In this document: piece after piece, positions 24,447 to 37,500 of the stretch
Numbering within the stretch: position 1 is the first letter of the stretch
Layout of the letters: each line of letters opens with the position of its first letter
NCBI GenBank assembly: GCA_051294375.1
Contig: CM119268.1
Coordinates: forward strand, 9,355,074 to 9,419,073
DNA: 64,000 nt
From: Paraspadella gotoi
Lineage: Eukaryota; Animalia; Chaetognatha
Direction of reading: 5' to 3'
Program-made: the position numbers and the translations under genes
Notes under the pieces: model-generated
Told to the model about the DNA's origin: nothing
The model's database searches: none
What the model saw: the letters and a program-made list of their open reading frames with translations, nothing else

Positions 24447-27400
24447 ATGTCGGCGACGAAGCGTTCGTCGGAATCGCCGGCCCCTTCCTCCTCCCCTTCC
24501 TCGGATCCACCGCCGGCCAAGATCGCCAGAACCGTTTTTGAACCTTACTGCTTCGTTAATATCAGTTCTCTCGAGGTGAGCTCCGTCGTGTATTCTCATA
24601 TGACGATTCCCGACGCGATGATCTTTTTTTTTTCTCCCTCTCGTCTTTCCGTATCTCTTCTTCCTCTTCGCGCCTCGCTTACTCATAGTCATACTCCTCT
24701 TCCTCCTTTTCCCTCCTTTCTACTTCGCCTGTTGCCGGAAGAGAAAATCGAAAGCCGTTCTCTCTCCGATTCCTATTTTGGTCGCGAGGAACGAATGTTG
24801 GTCTCCATCCCGATGCCAGTCGATGATTCAACTTTTCCTCTCTTTTTTTCCCAAACAGGAACTGGATAAACAGACTCTGCTTTTTCAAAACCGGAAGTTG
24901 ACGGAGCGCATCGAACAGCGACGAAAGGCGGAGGCGGAGCTTTTGGCACGAATCGAGCAGCTGGAGAAGCGACAAGTTACCGATGATGCCGTCCTTTGCG
25001 TTATCAATCGGTGAGTCTTGTCACTGACTCAACAGAATTTCACTGAAACTAAGTCCGCTATACTAATTTACCTTTTTAGTTGCGCCGTGATTACTCGCGG
25101 TACAACTCTGTCACTTTTTAGTCGGTTGGGATGGTCGGTCTGTATTTGTTTTATCTGTTAGTATTTTAATTAAGTTCATAAGTTGGGTAATACTGTATCA
25201 ATCAAGTTCATATTTAGTAGGAAGGTTAAAAGACAAAAGTTACTAAGGCACAAAATAATGGAATTACAGTTCTTGACTCTTGTTCTTCTATTTTTATGGT
25301 TTTATAAGGGGTATTAAATAATAATTAGTAGATTCATATATTCTAATTTTATAATTATATAGAGGTATTGTAACGCTATGGCAACGGGAGGATAACCTGT
25401 GATACCCGGGCGCGGGGTATCTCACCAACTGGCGTAGGGGCTGCGGACCCTCAGTGACCGCCTCCTGTCCCTGGCATGTTTATACCGGCACCGTCACATT
25501 TAAGCCAGAACCGGGATACCCGGGGATTGAACCCGGGACGCAGGATGGAATGAGATGATTTAGCCTGCTCAGCCATTGAGACGAGGCTGAGGACGGACAG
25601 CAGTGAGGCAGCTTTAAGTCTTGCTGCCACAGGATCCCCCCACCAACTTCTCCACAGGGGCCTCAATCCTGAGGAGATGTCTGAGAGAAGGTTTTGATCT
25701 CATTGCCATAGTGAGAGCGAGGGGCGAGCGAGCGAGCGAGTCTGGAGCGTTACCAGAGAAGTAGGGCATAGGCGTGATATGCATACCCTAAGCGACGTAA
25801 GCGTGGGCGCACGGTGCGCAGCGGTTGCGTGTTCGATAGTAGGGCTCACCACTTATGGCAACGGGAGGATAACCTGTGATACCCGGGGCGCGGGGTATCT
25901 CACCAACTGGCGTAGGGGCTGCGACCCTCAGTGACCCCTCCTGTCACTGGCATGTTTATACCGGCACCGTCACATTTAAGCCAGAACCGGGATACCCGGG
26001 GATTGAACCCGGGACGCACGGATGGAATGAGATGATTTAGCCTGCTCAGCCATTGAGACGAGGCTGAGGACGGACAGCAGTGAGGCAGCTTTAAGTCTTG
26101 CTGCCACAACGCATTAAATACTATTTTTCGTCCTCCCAGATACTGGAACCAACTGGATGAAGATCTCCGCATCATGTTGGAGCGTTTCGACGCGGAGACT
26201 GCGGACGAAATCGAACACAAGAACCAGTCGGAGGCGACGACCTCGTTTTTGGCGCAAGTCTCGTCTTGGGACAACGCCGAGATGGAGGAACGCCTCAGAC
26301 AGAGGGTCGAGTTCTCCACAAGAGCAATTGGAAAACTCCTTCAGGTCGGGCGTCCTTGGGGGGTTTAAATTCATCCATAGGAATTTTTAATAAGATAAAC
26401 TAATGAGACAAATTCTTTTCATTTAAGGCTTTCGATCGAATCATCCAGCGCAACGAACGACTGACAGCGGCCATTCAAGACGCCACCACCAGCTACGAGG
26501 GTGACGAAGACGATGCCGACGCCAAGGCGGAGAAGGAGACGGACGGCGAAGACGACAAGAAAGAAGACGAACCGGAGAAGATGGACGAGGGGGACTCCAC
26601 GGGAGTCTCCAAGAAAAAGCTCAGCATCAACGAAGAAGTGAAAAAGCTCAACTTTGACATGCAGATGGAAACTAGCAGATTGCAAGTTAGTATCAACTTG
26701 AATATATATTATATATGTATACGGAATTAAAGCTAGAAAAAGGAGGATAATTGCTTATGGAATTATATTTTAAAATAATGTGACCTCTCCGATTAAATCT
26801 TTATTAAACTTTTTGAACGTTTTGTCTTTAAGGCGTTAATCACCCAACTAGAGGAGCGGCACCACAAGACGAACTTGAAGAACATGGAATTCGAGGACAA
26901 AGTCGCGGAGATGGAGACCGAAGTCGCGGAACTAAAAAACAAATTGGAGGACGTCGAGTGGGATCTTCAGGTTCGAGCCAGGAAGCGAGAAAAAAGAAAA
27001 GCTGTTAACTTGTTCCTTTCTTCCCTCCTCGTTCCGCAGAAAAGCCGCGAAAAAGAAGATATGCTCGACAGATATTTGGCGGAGGCGTTGGAAAAAATGA
27101 AGCGTGGCGACTTTGAGAAGGGAACCGACCCTGCAGCTGCCAAGAAAGGACCCGGCGATTCTCAAGTAAGGCGCCGTAAAAAATTGACGATAAAAATGTC
27201 AATCTGCTGGCAAACAACGTTATCTTCCGTCTCAGGTCGATACTCTACGACTCGAACTTGAGGAGCAAAAAGAACTCGCCACCAATCGACTTTCGGAACT
27301 CGAACTGCTTCAAGTGAGAGAGTAGTGACACAAACGTTATCTTATTGATTTTAAAGTGACGAAATTTTAATCTCGTTTACCCTACTTCCTATCAGTCAAA

Positions 27401-30051
27401 CTACGAAAAAGGTTTGCGAGAAGTGGAGAGACTTCGAATGGATCTTTCGACGCTTCCGGAACACGTTATCGTCGAAAGCACGGAGTATAAATGTCTGCAG
27501 TCCCAGTTCTCTGTCCTCTACAATGAGTCCATGCAGATGCGGACGCAACTAGAAGAAGCTCGGACTTTGTTGCAACAGGTGCGCGTCATATTTCTTTCTT
27601 ATTAGAAAAAAATATTAATTGATGAAAAATATTAACTATTTTTCTCTCATTCAGAGCAAGACTATGCACCTGCGACAAATCGAGGAAATGGAATCAGCGG
27701 AGCTCATGGTACAGAAAAAGTTACGGACGGAGCTAATTCAGCTCGAGGATTCGCTCTCCCAAACTCGTCGTGAATACGAGATGCTCAGAATTGAATTCGA
27801 GCAGAATCTCGCCGCCAATGAACAGACGGGACCTATTAACAGGGAGATGAGGCATCTCATTACTTCACTACAGGTTCCTTTTTAGTTTTTTCTATTTTTT
27901 TTTCGCCTTTGTCAAGCTTTCGATACCTTTTTTCAAACAGAATCACAATCAACAACTGAAGGGGGAAGTGTCCCGGTACAAGAGGAAGCTGAAAGAGGCC
28001 CAGGTGGAATTAACTAAGATCAAATCGAGCGAAGGGTCGGACGCGGGAGTCGGCGGCGGAAGTGGAGGAGTTGTGCGAGATAAGGGAGAATCCGCGTCGA
28101 TATCTTCCGCCGCCTCGACCACTTCAGACAAGAGCGAAGAGGAGGCGAGGAGAGAAGAGGGGGAGAAAGGGGAGAAGCGAGAAGAGGCCAAGGAGGAAGA
28201 AGCTATGGCTTTGGAGGAGGGAAAAGGAGGAAAGCAAGAAGAGCTCGTCAACGATATTAAGCTTCAATTGAAAAAGGTTGGGCGAGGAAAGAAATGGTTT
28301 TACCCCGAGATAAGGACTTAACCTCATGTCTCTTTTCTTGTAAAGTCCCAAGAGGCCCAAAAAGAGTTGAAGCTGTTGTTGGACATGTACAAAACAGCCC
28401 CCAAGGAACAGCGAGACAAAGTTGAATTGATGGCGGGAGAAAAGCGCCTTAAAACTGAAATTGCCGAGCTGAAGTCGCAGATCGTCAAGTTGCAAGAGTC
28501 TAAGCATCAGGTGAAGCTTTGTTTGTTATTTGGTTTGTTATTTGTAAGTTTTATTTGTAGGTGTCTAATAGAGAGTCTTGATTGAAAGCTTGCAGGGACC
28601 TGCTATGTCATTATCTTGTAAGAGTGATGGAGGCCTTAAACCACCAAAGCCTGTCCAAAGTCAGGGGCAAGATAGCTTATTTATTAAATGAATGGATAAT
28701 TTTTATATTGGTTGTACCAATTTCATATAGTAGATCCCAAAAGGTTCCATTTCTTTAGGTTATGTTTTGAAAATTATTTTTTTAAACTTTGTTCGAAATT
28801 TTTATTTCTAGCTTATTAAAATTTAGTTTGATGAGCGGGGATTACGACGAGAGTTTATGTCCAGTTTTCTTATCTTTATATTTTTATATTTATCCCTTTT
28901 TTATCCCCTATTTCGTTTTTGCATGCCCATATTTTTTCCCAACCCTTCTAACAAATAACTACCTTAAAAAATCTGGAACGCACGTCGTCGATCTCGATAA
29001 CGAATCATGCGACCGATGATCGGACTAAAGGCGGTCTTGCAGGAGAAACGCCGCGTGGCCGACGAGGAGACCCTGCGAAAGACGAAGAGACTAGAAGATC
29101 AAATCTCCGAGCTTACTCGCAACCTGGCGGCCAAGGAACAGGAGGAGAACACGCTCCTCAATGAGATGGAGGTCACGGGTCAGGCCTTCGAGGACATGCA
29201 GGAGCAGAACCTGCGCCTGTTGCAACAGTTACGTGAAAAGGACGATGCTAACTTCAAGCTTATGAGCGAAAGGATCAAGAGCAATCAAATACAAAAATTG
29301 CTGAGAGAAGAGAAGGAGGTGCTGCAGGAGCAGGTAGGCCCTAATGTCTGAGAACTACAACATGGGATTTTCCTTGTTAAATAATAAATTTACGGTGGGG
29401 CGGCATCGTTATCAGGTGGCGACAATTCACGCACAGTGCGAAGCGCAGAACGTCGTCGTGCGAAAGTTAGAAGAAAAAGAACGTATCTTGCACAATAACC
29501 TGTTGACTGTGGAGAATGAGTTGGCGCTTCGTCAACAGGCGATGGAACTGCACAAGCGGAAGGCGCTCGAGTCCACACAGACTTCCGCGGATCTCAGGCT
29601 TCATTTAGGTGCGTGTTTGTAATCCTTTAAATATGATGTCATCATCATCAAACATAATTGGCTATCTTTTTTCTCAGATAAATATATGGCCCAACTGAAA
29701 GAGCTTCAGACTTCCGTGGGTGAAAAAAACGCGTCGAACGAGAAAGAAGCGTTCAAGCAACGACGAGCGGCCGAGGAGCTCAACCATCTCCGGAAGAAAA
29801 TGGAAAGGATGAAAAAGTTCGAGATGGCCGCCTCGGCAGACGAGGTTTTGACGGAAGAGTTGAAGGAGTACAAGGAGCAGATGACGTGCCCTTCCTGCAA
29901 GGTCAAGCGCAAGGACGCCGTCCTCACCAAATGCTTCCACGTTTTTTGCTTCTCATGTCTCAAGACGCGATACGAGACTCGGCAGAGAAAATGCCCCAAA
30001 TGCAACGCCGGATTCGGCGCCAACGATTTTCATCGGATTTACATCTCATGA
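24447..30051 (+). CDS. BRE1: E3 ubiquitin ligase BRE1 (RNF20/RNF40), multi-exon
   Basis: Long coiled coils, [16 protein letters not shown] and a C-terminal [25 protein letters not shown]...CPKC...FHRIYIS. Confidence 0.96.
25377..26108 (-). mobile_element. Complete TRIM (miniature non-autonomous LTR retrotransposon) with tRNA-like Pol III motifs in its LTRs, in a BRE1 intron
   Basis: Near-identical 255-bp direct repeats at 25377-25631 and 25854-26108, with minus-strand termini TGTGGCA...TGCCATA. PBS-like AG-TGGTGAGCCC follows the 5' LTR and a purine tract GGAGAAGTTGGTGGGGGGA precedes the 3' LTR. 4-bp TSD ACGC at 25373-25376 and 26109-26112. B-box GGTTCAATCCC in each LTR. Confidence 0.9.
28606..28717 (-). 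repeat. Dispersed repeat, copy 1 (other copies near 41850-41965 and 56820-56888)
   Basis: The reverse complement aligns by eye to ACAACCAATATAAAAA...GCTATCTTGCCCCTG.CTTTGG.CAGG in a CFAP43 intron and in the TMEM165-OXR1 spacer. Confidence 0.8.
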
Positions 30052-30496
30052 TAGAAAAACCGATAAGTTGCCGTCGTTGAATTTTTTTTTTGGTTCATAC
30101 TGGAATTATGAAAGGGGCGGTTTAACTTAAATTTTTCATTTGCCATAAGTCAGAAAGGTTTAGTTTTTACAAACAATATCATCGGCGTTATTACTAATAA
30201 GTCGGCAAATCGACGGCATATTTGCTTCAAGCTTTCTCCCCCGTTTCAGATACGATTCCAATCCTTTTTTTTTTTTTTGACATTCCACGCCTGAAACTAC
30301 GTATGAATGTAAATTACAGATTCATTGTTGTCGTTTTTCATTACCCCATTACATTTTCTTCGATAGTACGAATGTTTGAAATTGATTTTATTTTTTTTCT
30401 TCCGTAATTAGCGTAGGTTTTGTATTTCCTTCCCGCTCCTCACAACCGAGACGGTCATGAAGGGCCGTCCTCTTCTACGCGACTGAAACCGTAACC

Positions 30497-30703
30497 ATGC
30501 GAGACTTTGTCCTTTCCGTTTTGGCCGTTGGTTCCACTCTCTCAGTCGTTCTTCTTCTCGTCGGCTTCGGTTGGTTTCTCGTCTGGAAATTCTTTCTGCT
30601 CCGATTCAAGTTCGTCCAGGAACTTTTCCTTCCATCGTCGCAGTCGGGTGCCGAGCGCTCCCGGTCGACGAGGGGAAGAAAGCGGACTCTTCGGAGAGAC
30701 TGA
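30497..30703 (+). CDS. SMIM13: Small integral membrane protein 13-like (68 aa)
   Basis: Single transmembrane helix followed by GWFLVWKFFLLRFKFVQEL, the SMIM13 signature. Confidence 0.82.
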   Translation: MRDFVLSVLAVGSTLSVVLLLVGFGWFLVWKFFLLRFKFVQELFLPSSQSGAERSRSTRGRKRTLRRD

Positions 30704-30720
30704 AAAAAAAAAAATTAAAA

Positions 30721-31703
30721 ATGGTTTGGCTTGCGGAATTATTGGCGCCTGTGTTGGTGCCCGATGGGGAAAACGTCGGTCCCATGGTCATGATCAGCGA
30801 TGACGTTAACGCTGACGGAGAATTTCTTTTGCATCACTTCCTCGTCGCTGCCGCTAAGGCCGGTGATCCGATCTGCTTTTTGCATTTTGCTCAAACGTTC
30901 AGGTAACAGACGGGAACGATTTTTACGGCCGTTTTCTAGTGATTTTTATCAATTTGTCTTAGCGCTGATATAAACGGCTTGTATGTAGGCTGTAGGCCCT
31001 GCATTAAAGTTGAATTTAAAAATCCACCTTTCAGAAAATTATTTAATCAATATATAAACAATTTCGTTCCAGCCATTATAACCTTGTCGCACAAAAGCTC
31101 GGTGGCAATTTGAACCTTGCCTCAGAAGCCGGATTTTTACGGGCCGTCGATGGCCTGACCCTCTTAGGCGCCGAAGTTGAAACTGCTACCAACCTAACTA
31201 ATAAGGAAAAAAAAGGTGAAACCTGGTCGCGAATCGCCGACGGGGCGACTATGCCTCTCCTCGATGTGGTCGCCGCCGAGATGGATGCGTTGCCGGATAC
31301 CGATCGGCCAGGCCTCGTCGTTGTCGACGATCTCAGCGTCCTCTCTTTTCTCGGCCACTCAGTTCGCGACGTTGCGACCCTGGTGTTCGCTCTCCGTCGT
31401 CTCGCGTCTCGGCGACGCTTTTCCTTCGTCTTCCTTCTCCATTGCGACACCGAAAACTCGAATGACGACGACGAGACGGTCTCTTTGATCAAGATGCTTT
31501 CTCACCGGGTTGATGTACATCTCGCTGTGCGCGGGTTGGCCACAGGTTTCTGCCGCGATGTCCATGGAAGCCTCGTCGTTAATCGCAAGTCCGTCACCAA
31601 GGAGTCGGGACTGGAACATCTCAATGTCGTCGAACGACAGTTCAAACTTCTGGACAGAGACGTGGCGATCTTTCCTCCCGGATTGTCGGCCGCGGTCATT
31701 TGA
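30721..31703 (+). CDS. ELP6: Elongator complex subunit 6, 2 exons
   Basis: ADGEFLLHHFL, FAQTFSHYNLVAQKLGGNL, VVVDDLSVL, GLATGFCRDVHG and a C-terminal FPPGLSAAVI. Confidence 0.9.
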
Positions 31704-31937
31704 AAATTTGTATTGCCATTTTTATAATATCACTAGCCTAGTTGTTGATAATTTTAGTTGATTTTTGTGTTATCAATATCACGCTCGGATGTTGGGTAAT
31801 CCTTAGGGCTAGTTGTTATCGTTGTTTGAGTTAGCGCGGAAAGCTAAAACCGCTTACGACTTAGCTGTAACTTTCTTATATTGTATCCCCTTTGTCATAT
31901 CGATTTTTGATTTCGTTACTAATAAGAAGCTTTCAAG

Positions 31938-34427
31938 ATGGAGTGCGAGGAGAAAGACGGCGACGACGAGCCCGACGAAATAACCGGGATTTCCCATCTG
32001 CCACAGGAAGTTTTGGAGCATATTTTCGGCATGGTGTCGCCCTACAGTGACTTCAAGTCGATAATGCTCACTTGCTCGTGGTGGTACAAGATCGTGGGCA
32101 TCGTTGCGCAACGAATGAACTCTTCCTTTTTGCAAAGCGTCAAGGAAGGAGTCATCGACTGGACGCCCTTGGAGACTGACAACCCTCGCCAAACGACCGG
32201 GGCGGGAAATGGAATTTTGGGTGAGCTAACCACTTTATTTTTCAACGTATATTTGAGAAAGGCTAGGGGGTTTTTCTCTTTGGATTGTCCTATGCTACTT
32301 TCGACAGAGCGCTATTCGCACTGCGCCGCGTATTTGGGCTGCTCTCTCTACGTCTTTGGCGGATGCACGTCTTCAAACACCACCTTCAACGATTTATGGA
32401 GATTCGACCTCGCCACGAGACAATGGATCAGGCCTCTCGCCATGGGTAAATCGGGTTTTTTTAAATAAATAGATTTATTTGACTGTCTCCTCTAATTCAG
32501 TTTTGCCCATCGAATAGGTACTTACCCTTCGCCTAAAGCGTGCGCCACTATGGTGACTTACCGCGAAACTTTGATTTTGTTTGGTGGTTACACTCATCCC
32601 ACTCCATATCCTCTGCATCAAGCAGCGAGATTCTTTAATCAGCTGCACGTTTACGATCCATCCTACAACAGATGGTCCACCGTTAACACACTCGGTGAGT
32701 AACAATTAAAAAGGCGATGGAGATACTAATACTTATTTCATCCTTACCCTCTGCCTCCGTTCCGCGCCGTTCTATTCAGGATACTCGCCTCCCCCGATTG
32801 CCGGCCACAGCGCCTCCGTCGTCGGCGACCGGATGATCGTCTTCGGTGGATCCCATGGGCAGGGATCGCGAACCAACGACGTTTGGGTCCTCGATCTCGC
32901 CGAGTTTACCTGGTCACGGCGCGACATCGTTGGTCGACAACCGAACCCTCGTTATGGTCAGGCGCAGGTCGTCCTTGACAATCATTATCTGCTAGTCATT
33001 GGCGGCTGCGGAGGGGCTAACATGCTCTTTAGGTTTGATTTTGGTGTTAGTTGTGAGAAGCGGATTTGATATTATTACTAGCCGTTTTGTTTTTAAACCA
33101 GCGACATTTGGATGTTGGATATGAGCGACGAAATATCCTGGCGATGGGTGCAGATGACGGTGAAAGATGCGGATCCCTCGGCGGCTTTGCAACTTTGGTG
33201 TCATCCCGCTTGCAAAGTTGGAGACGTAGTAGTCGTCCTCAGCAAAGCTACGACAGCAACGCCAAAACCGCCGTCGCTCAAGTTGAGCCCCGTTCGGGCG
33301 GCCGTTCGGGTAAAAAAAAAGCCTAGTATTTTTTTTTTGATATTGCCCTATTCTAACACGCTTCCTTCCTTCCCTTATAGTTTCCACGCACGCAACCGAC
33401 TGGCGATGATTCGGTCCACCATCTGCCTTTCCGTCCTCCGGCCCTTCGAGCCTCTGCCGTTCTTTCCCCAGGCGGTCCGACGGATCCGTTGCCCTCGACG
33501 AACACGGGCCGCCTTCCACCGCCAGGTAACCGTCGCACGCCGCCTCGCGAGATTTACACTAATCGGGCCACACCGTCTTTGAACGCCGCATCGACTCAAA
33601 GGGCGCGCGCCGCTCGTTTCCATGAATCCTCGCGCGCGGGTTCATCGTCGTCCGACGAGGGCGCTTCAGATTTCGCTTCCCCCGCGACTTTGTCCTTCGT
33701 CGACGGGTCTTTTGGTGAGGGAAACGCGATGCCGATGAACTCGTTATCTTCCGCGTCCTCCAACGCGACCTCGAGACCTTTTTTCCCGACCGGTGCACCA
33801 TCGATTCGTCCAAACGCTCACAGCAATCGCCAGAAACAATTAGAGAATCTTCGTCGGATGGAACAGAGAATTCGAAGACTCACTTCTGGTCCACAGGGCG
33901 TCACCCAGGGCGTCGGAGGCGGAACGGCTCGTAGTGGCGGATCGGTCGACGCCGGACAACCCTCGCCTTCATCTAGTCTTCCAGGGCTCGCTTCGGCCCT
34001 TGGCGCTGATCTTCAGGCGGTACCGGGGAATTCTCGGGAGGCTGCATCACCACAGCCTCCCCCTCCCCCACCGCCCACTCTTGCTCCTCAGCCAATGCCG
34101 CCCCTTCCAGCTCAATCTATCGAGGTCGCTGCCCTTGGTGGCATCGGTAGCGGTATAGGAAGGAGTCGAATGAAGGTCAACACTTTGGATATTAGCGAAG
34201 CGGTTGAGCGGCACCTCGTCAAGTGGAAGAGCTTCGAGTCGACGGCCCTCGGAACGGCGCCCGAGGAAACCATTTTCTACTCGCTCGTTCAGGGACGTGG
34301 GGAGTTGATTCTCTTCGGTGGCCTTTTGGGTGGTTCTGGGATGTCGCCGCACGGACCATCGACGGGGAATGTGCAGCAAGTCACCAACAATGTTTGGTTC
34401 ATGACCTCTAAATTCAAGATGATCTGA
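31938..34427 (+). CDS. FBXO42: F-box/Kelch protein FBXO42, multi-exon
   Basis: F-box LPQEVLEHIF, Kelch repeats YVFGGCTSSNTTFNDLWRFD and YPSPKACAT, LWCHPACKVG and a C-terminal YSLVQGRGELILFGG. Confidence 0.92.
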
Positions 34428-34594
34428 ATTTACGGTTTAATGATGAACAATTATTATACGATTCCAACTGTTTGATATCCATGTCTTATTATTTTTTTTT
34501 TTAGTTGACATATCAATTTTTTCCCTTTTTTTAAGTTTTTGCCCCTCAAAGACAAAAATCCGTTATTAATATTTTTATCATTTCGTCTGTGATC

Positions 34595-37500
34595 ATGGTT
34601 TTGGAAAGTACTATTATTTGTGTCGACAACAGGTGAGCTTTTTTGAAACAGCTAACTACTACAATAATAATAATAATAATAATATTTTACGTTGATTTAA
34701 AAAAAAGATTCATTTAATTGATACTTTATTTATAAAAACTTTTTTTAAAAAATAGTGATTTCATGCGCAATGGAGATTTCATCCCAACCCGTATGCAAGC
34801 GCAGCACGACGCTGTCAATGTCGTGTGCAATTCGAAGACTCGTTCCAACCCTGAAAACAACGTTGGCCTGCTCACCATGGCCGGGCGTCGGGTCGAAGTT
34901 CTCACCACTCTCACCTCCGACGCCGGAAGAATAATGGCCAAATTGCACTTGGTAGGTCTATTATGAGACACATGGTGGAAAAGGGCATCGATAGTGTAGT
35001 CAGATTATGTAGGTGGACAGAGATCGATTATAATTTTTTTTCACTTTGTCAATTGTTTTTGACAGTTTTCTGACGACGCATGTTCGAAAATGTCTGAATT
35101 AGTCAAAAAGAAGCGGAGGACTTGCGTCGGTAGCATGATGTCTTCGGCCATGTTTTGTCCTATTGCGGGGTTCTGCGAATTGGGAAACCTTTATCTTACT
35201 AATTAGACACAGGCGATTGTAAAACTTCAGTGCACTCGCCTCTCTCCACATAAGATTGGGTCCGAAGACCAAAGCGATGCTTTCCTCCGTCATTCTGTTG
35301 TCCGCACTGATGACTTTGACGAGGTGTTTGACAAGCACTGTTAGCGTCTTCAGGTGTGGTCCGCTCATTTGCATCACCTCTTTCCGAATTCTAGCGACAG
35401 GATTTTCTGCTTTGAGTAGAGGCTTTACGTTCACGTAAAAAGATCCGGGAATGAGGGGTTTTGCCAGTTCACGAAAGAACAACTTTAGCGCTCCTGTCAG
35501 GGTGTGGACGTCCCATTTTCTGTCTTTCAAGTCGTACCGAGCCTGTCATTTAATTACAGATTACGAAGAAAAAATCTATTTTTATAACGCTTCATAATAT
35601 TATTTTTTTGTTACACACATTCTCGTCCACGACGAATCTCAGCTTTTGAATCTCGGCCGCGTTTCCGTTGACTCTGTAAATTCCTTCTTCAGAGATCCGT
35701 TCCTTCTCCTCCATCGCTTCGATACAGCGTCGGGCGAAGACGGGCACGCCGTCCGTCGTGGCGTCTCGTCCCGCCAACTCTTCCAAATTGGCGCCGAAGA
35801 CGAGACGTTCCTGAGATTTTGAAAGGGAGCGGGCTAGATCCGGGACTTGTTCCTTGGCTTTTTGTTATAAAATATATAGGGGACGGAGGCGTACTTTTAA
35901 AAACCCTTTGTTAACGACGTCGTCTTTAGATTGGCGTCTTTGCAAGAGTGGGATCAACTTTTCCTTGGCCTTCATCGTCGCTGACATGGCGCTTTGACGA
36001 AACATTGAGCTCGCCGACTCGGCGCGTCTACGGATCTTACTCTCCGCCTTGGATTCCTTGATGCGTAAAAAATATGAAAAAGGAAGAGTAGATTATCACT
36101 CAACGCTTTCAATACTCGCCTCTTTGTATCGCTTCCAAATCTTTTCCCAGGAAATGTCCGTTTGAATCGCTTTGTCGACCATCGTTGCCATCGCCTCTTG
36201 ACTCGAATCAAAGAAAAAATAAATGGTTTTTGGATCTTTTGCCGTTTAATATAATATGCGGGAACCGAATTAATTTATTTGGGGAATGTGGGTTTCTCTT
36301 TTTTTTTCTCGTGGGACTCGTGACAGAAATTACTGTACAAATGTTAACTTGTGGTTGATTCTAAGTAGGTTTTAACTTTTAAGATATTGATTAAGTCGAA
36401 GAAACAGGCGTTAAGGCCAGGGATCACTCAACCGAAAAATTAAGAAAATATATAACGAAACCACGTACATATTTAAAACTTGAAATAAACAAAAGTGGTA
36501 AAATTCGTTTGCTCAGGTTCAGCCTCAGGGCGAAATAAACTTCAGCGCCGGTATTCGCATCGCTCACTTGGCGTTAAAACATCGACAAGGAAAAAATCAC
36601 AAGACTCGAATCGTCGCTTTCGTGGGATCCCCCATTCAGGAGAACGAGAAAGACTTGGAAAAACTGGCGAAAAAACTAAAAAAAGAAAAGGTTAGTCGTC
36701 AGCACCGTTCGCCTTTTGTTTCATTTTCAATCAGTCGGTCCTGACGTATCAGTGACCATATGGGCATTATGGGCATTATGGCAACGGGAAGACATGTGTG
36801 ATGCCCGGAATGTGAGGCATCTCCCCACAGCTGGCGCTCAAGGCTTTGGACTGATGAGCGGAATTTATTGTAGAGAGCTCACCTCTGTTCAGCTTGACAC
36901 GGTTTAGATGAGTTCAGTGGATGTTGAAGAGTTGAAGAGTTCTTGAGAAATCATGCTCAATCTGCAGCAAAAGGTAAGGACGGCCAGAGGCATCATGAAT
37001 CTTGGAATAGGCACATGATGATGAACAGGAGAAATAAGATTGAAGAGAAACAAATAAACAAATATAAATAAACCCCGAAACTGGCAAATCAATAAACATG
37101 TCACGTGATCTGTATAAGAAAAGGAAGGTTTATACAAAGTAATAATCAATGATGATTAACATTATTTAGTCCTAATCATACGTACGGCTTTATTAAATAA
37201 TCACGAACGAAATGAGTTTATTTTTGATCCAACGTTAAGCAAAAGTTTATGTCCAACAGGACCTGCAGTGAGCACTAGGGTGAAGTGAAAGTTTGGAATC
37301 AAAATTTAGCAGTTATATCTTGAAAACTATCATATTAGTGAATACTAATCTGTAGTTATTTTTCTTTTTTTATAAATATAGTAGCCCAGTCAGTTATTTT
37401 GTATATAGTACTACCCTTATATAATGTCAAAATTTTAAAATGGTTTTTTTTTTAATTCTGAGAACAGATTCAGATTCCTCGTTAAAAGTTAATATAAGAA

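Noticed and set aside
25500-25600. tRNA gene suggested by the B-box GGTTCAATCCC
   Set aside because: No full cloverleaf is evident. The motif is part of the TRIM LTR.
36851-36900. CTGATGAG resembling a hammerhead core
   Set aside because: No stem II-GAAA follows. The motif is created by the junction of the GGAC TSD with the TG start of an inserted LTR.
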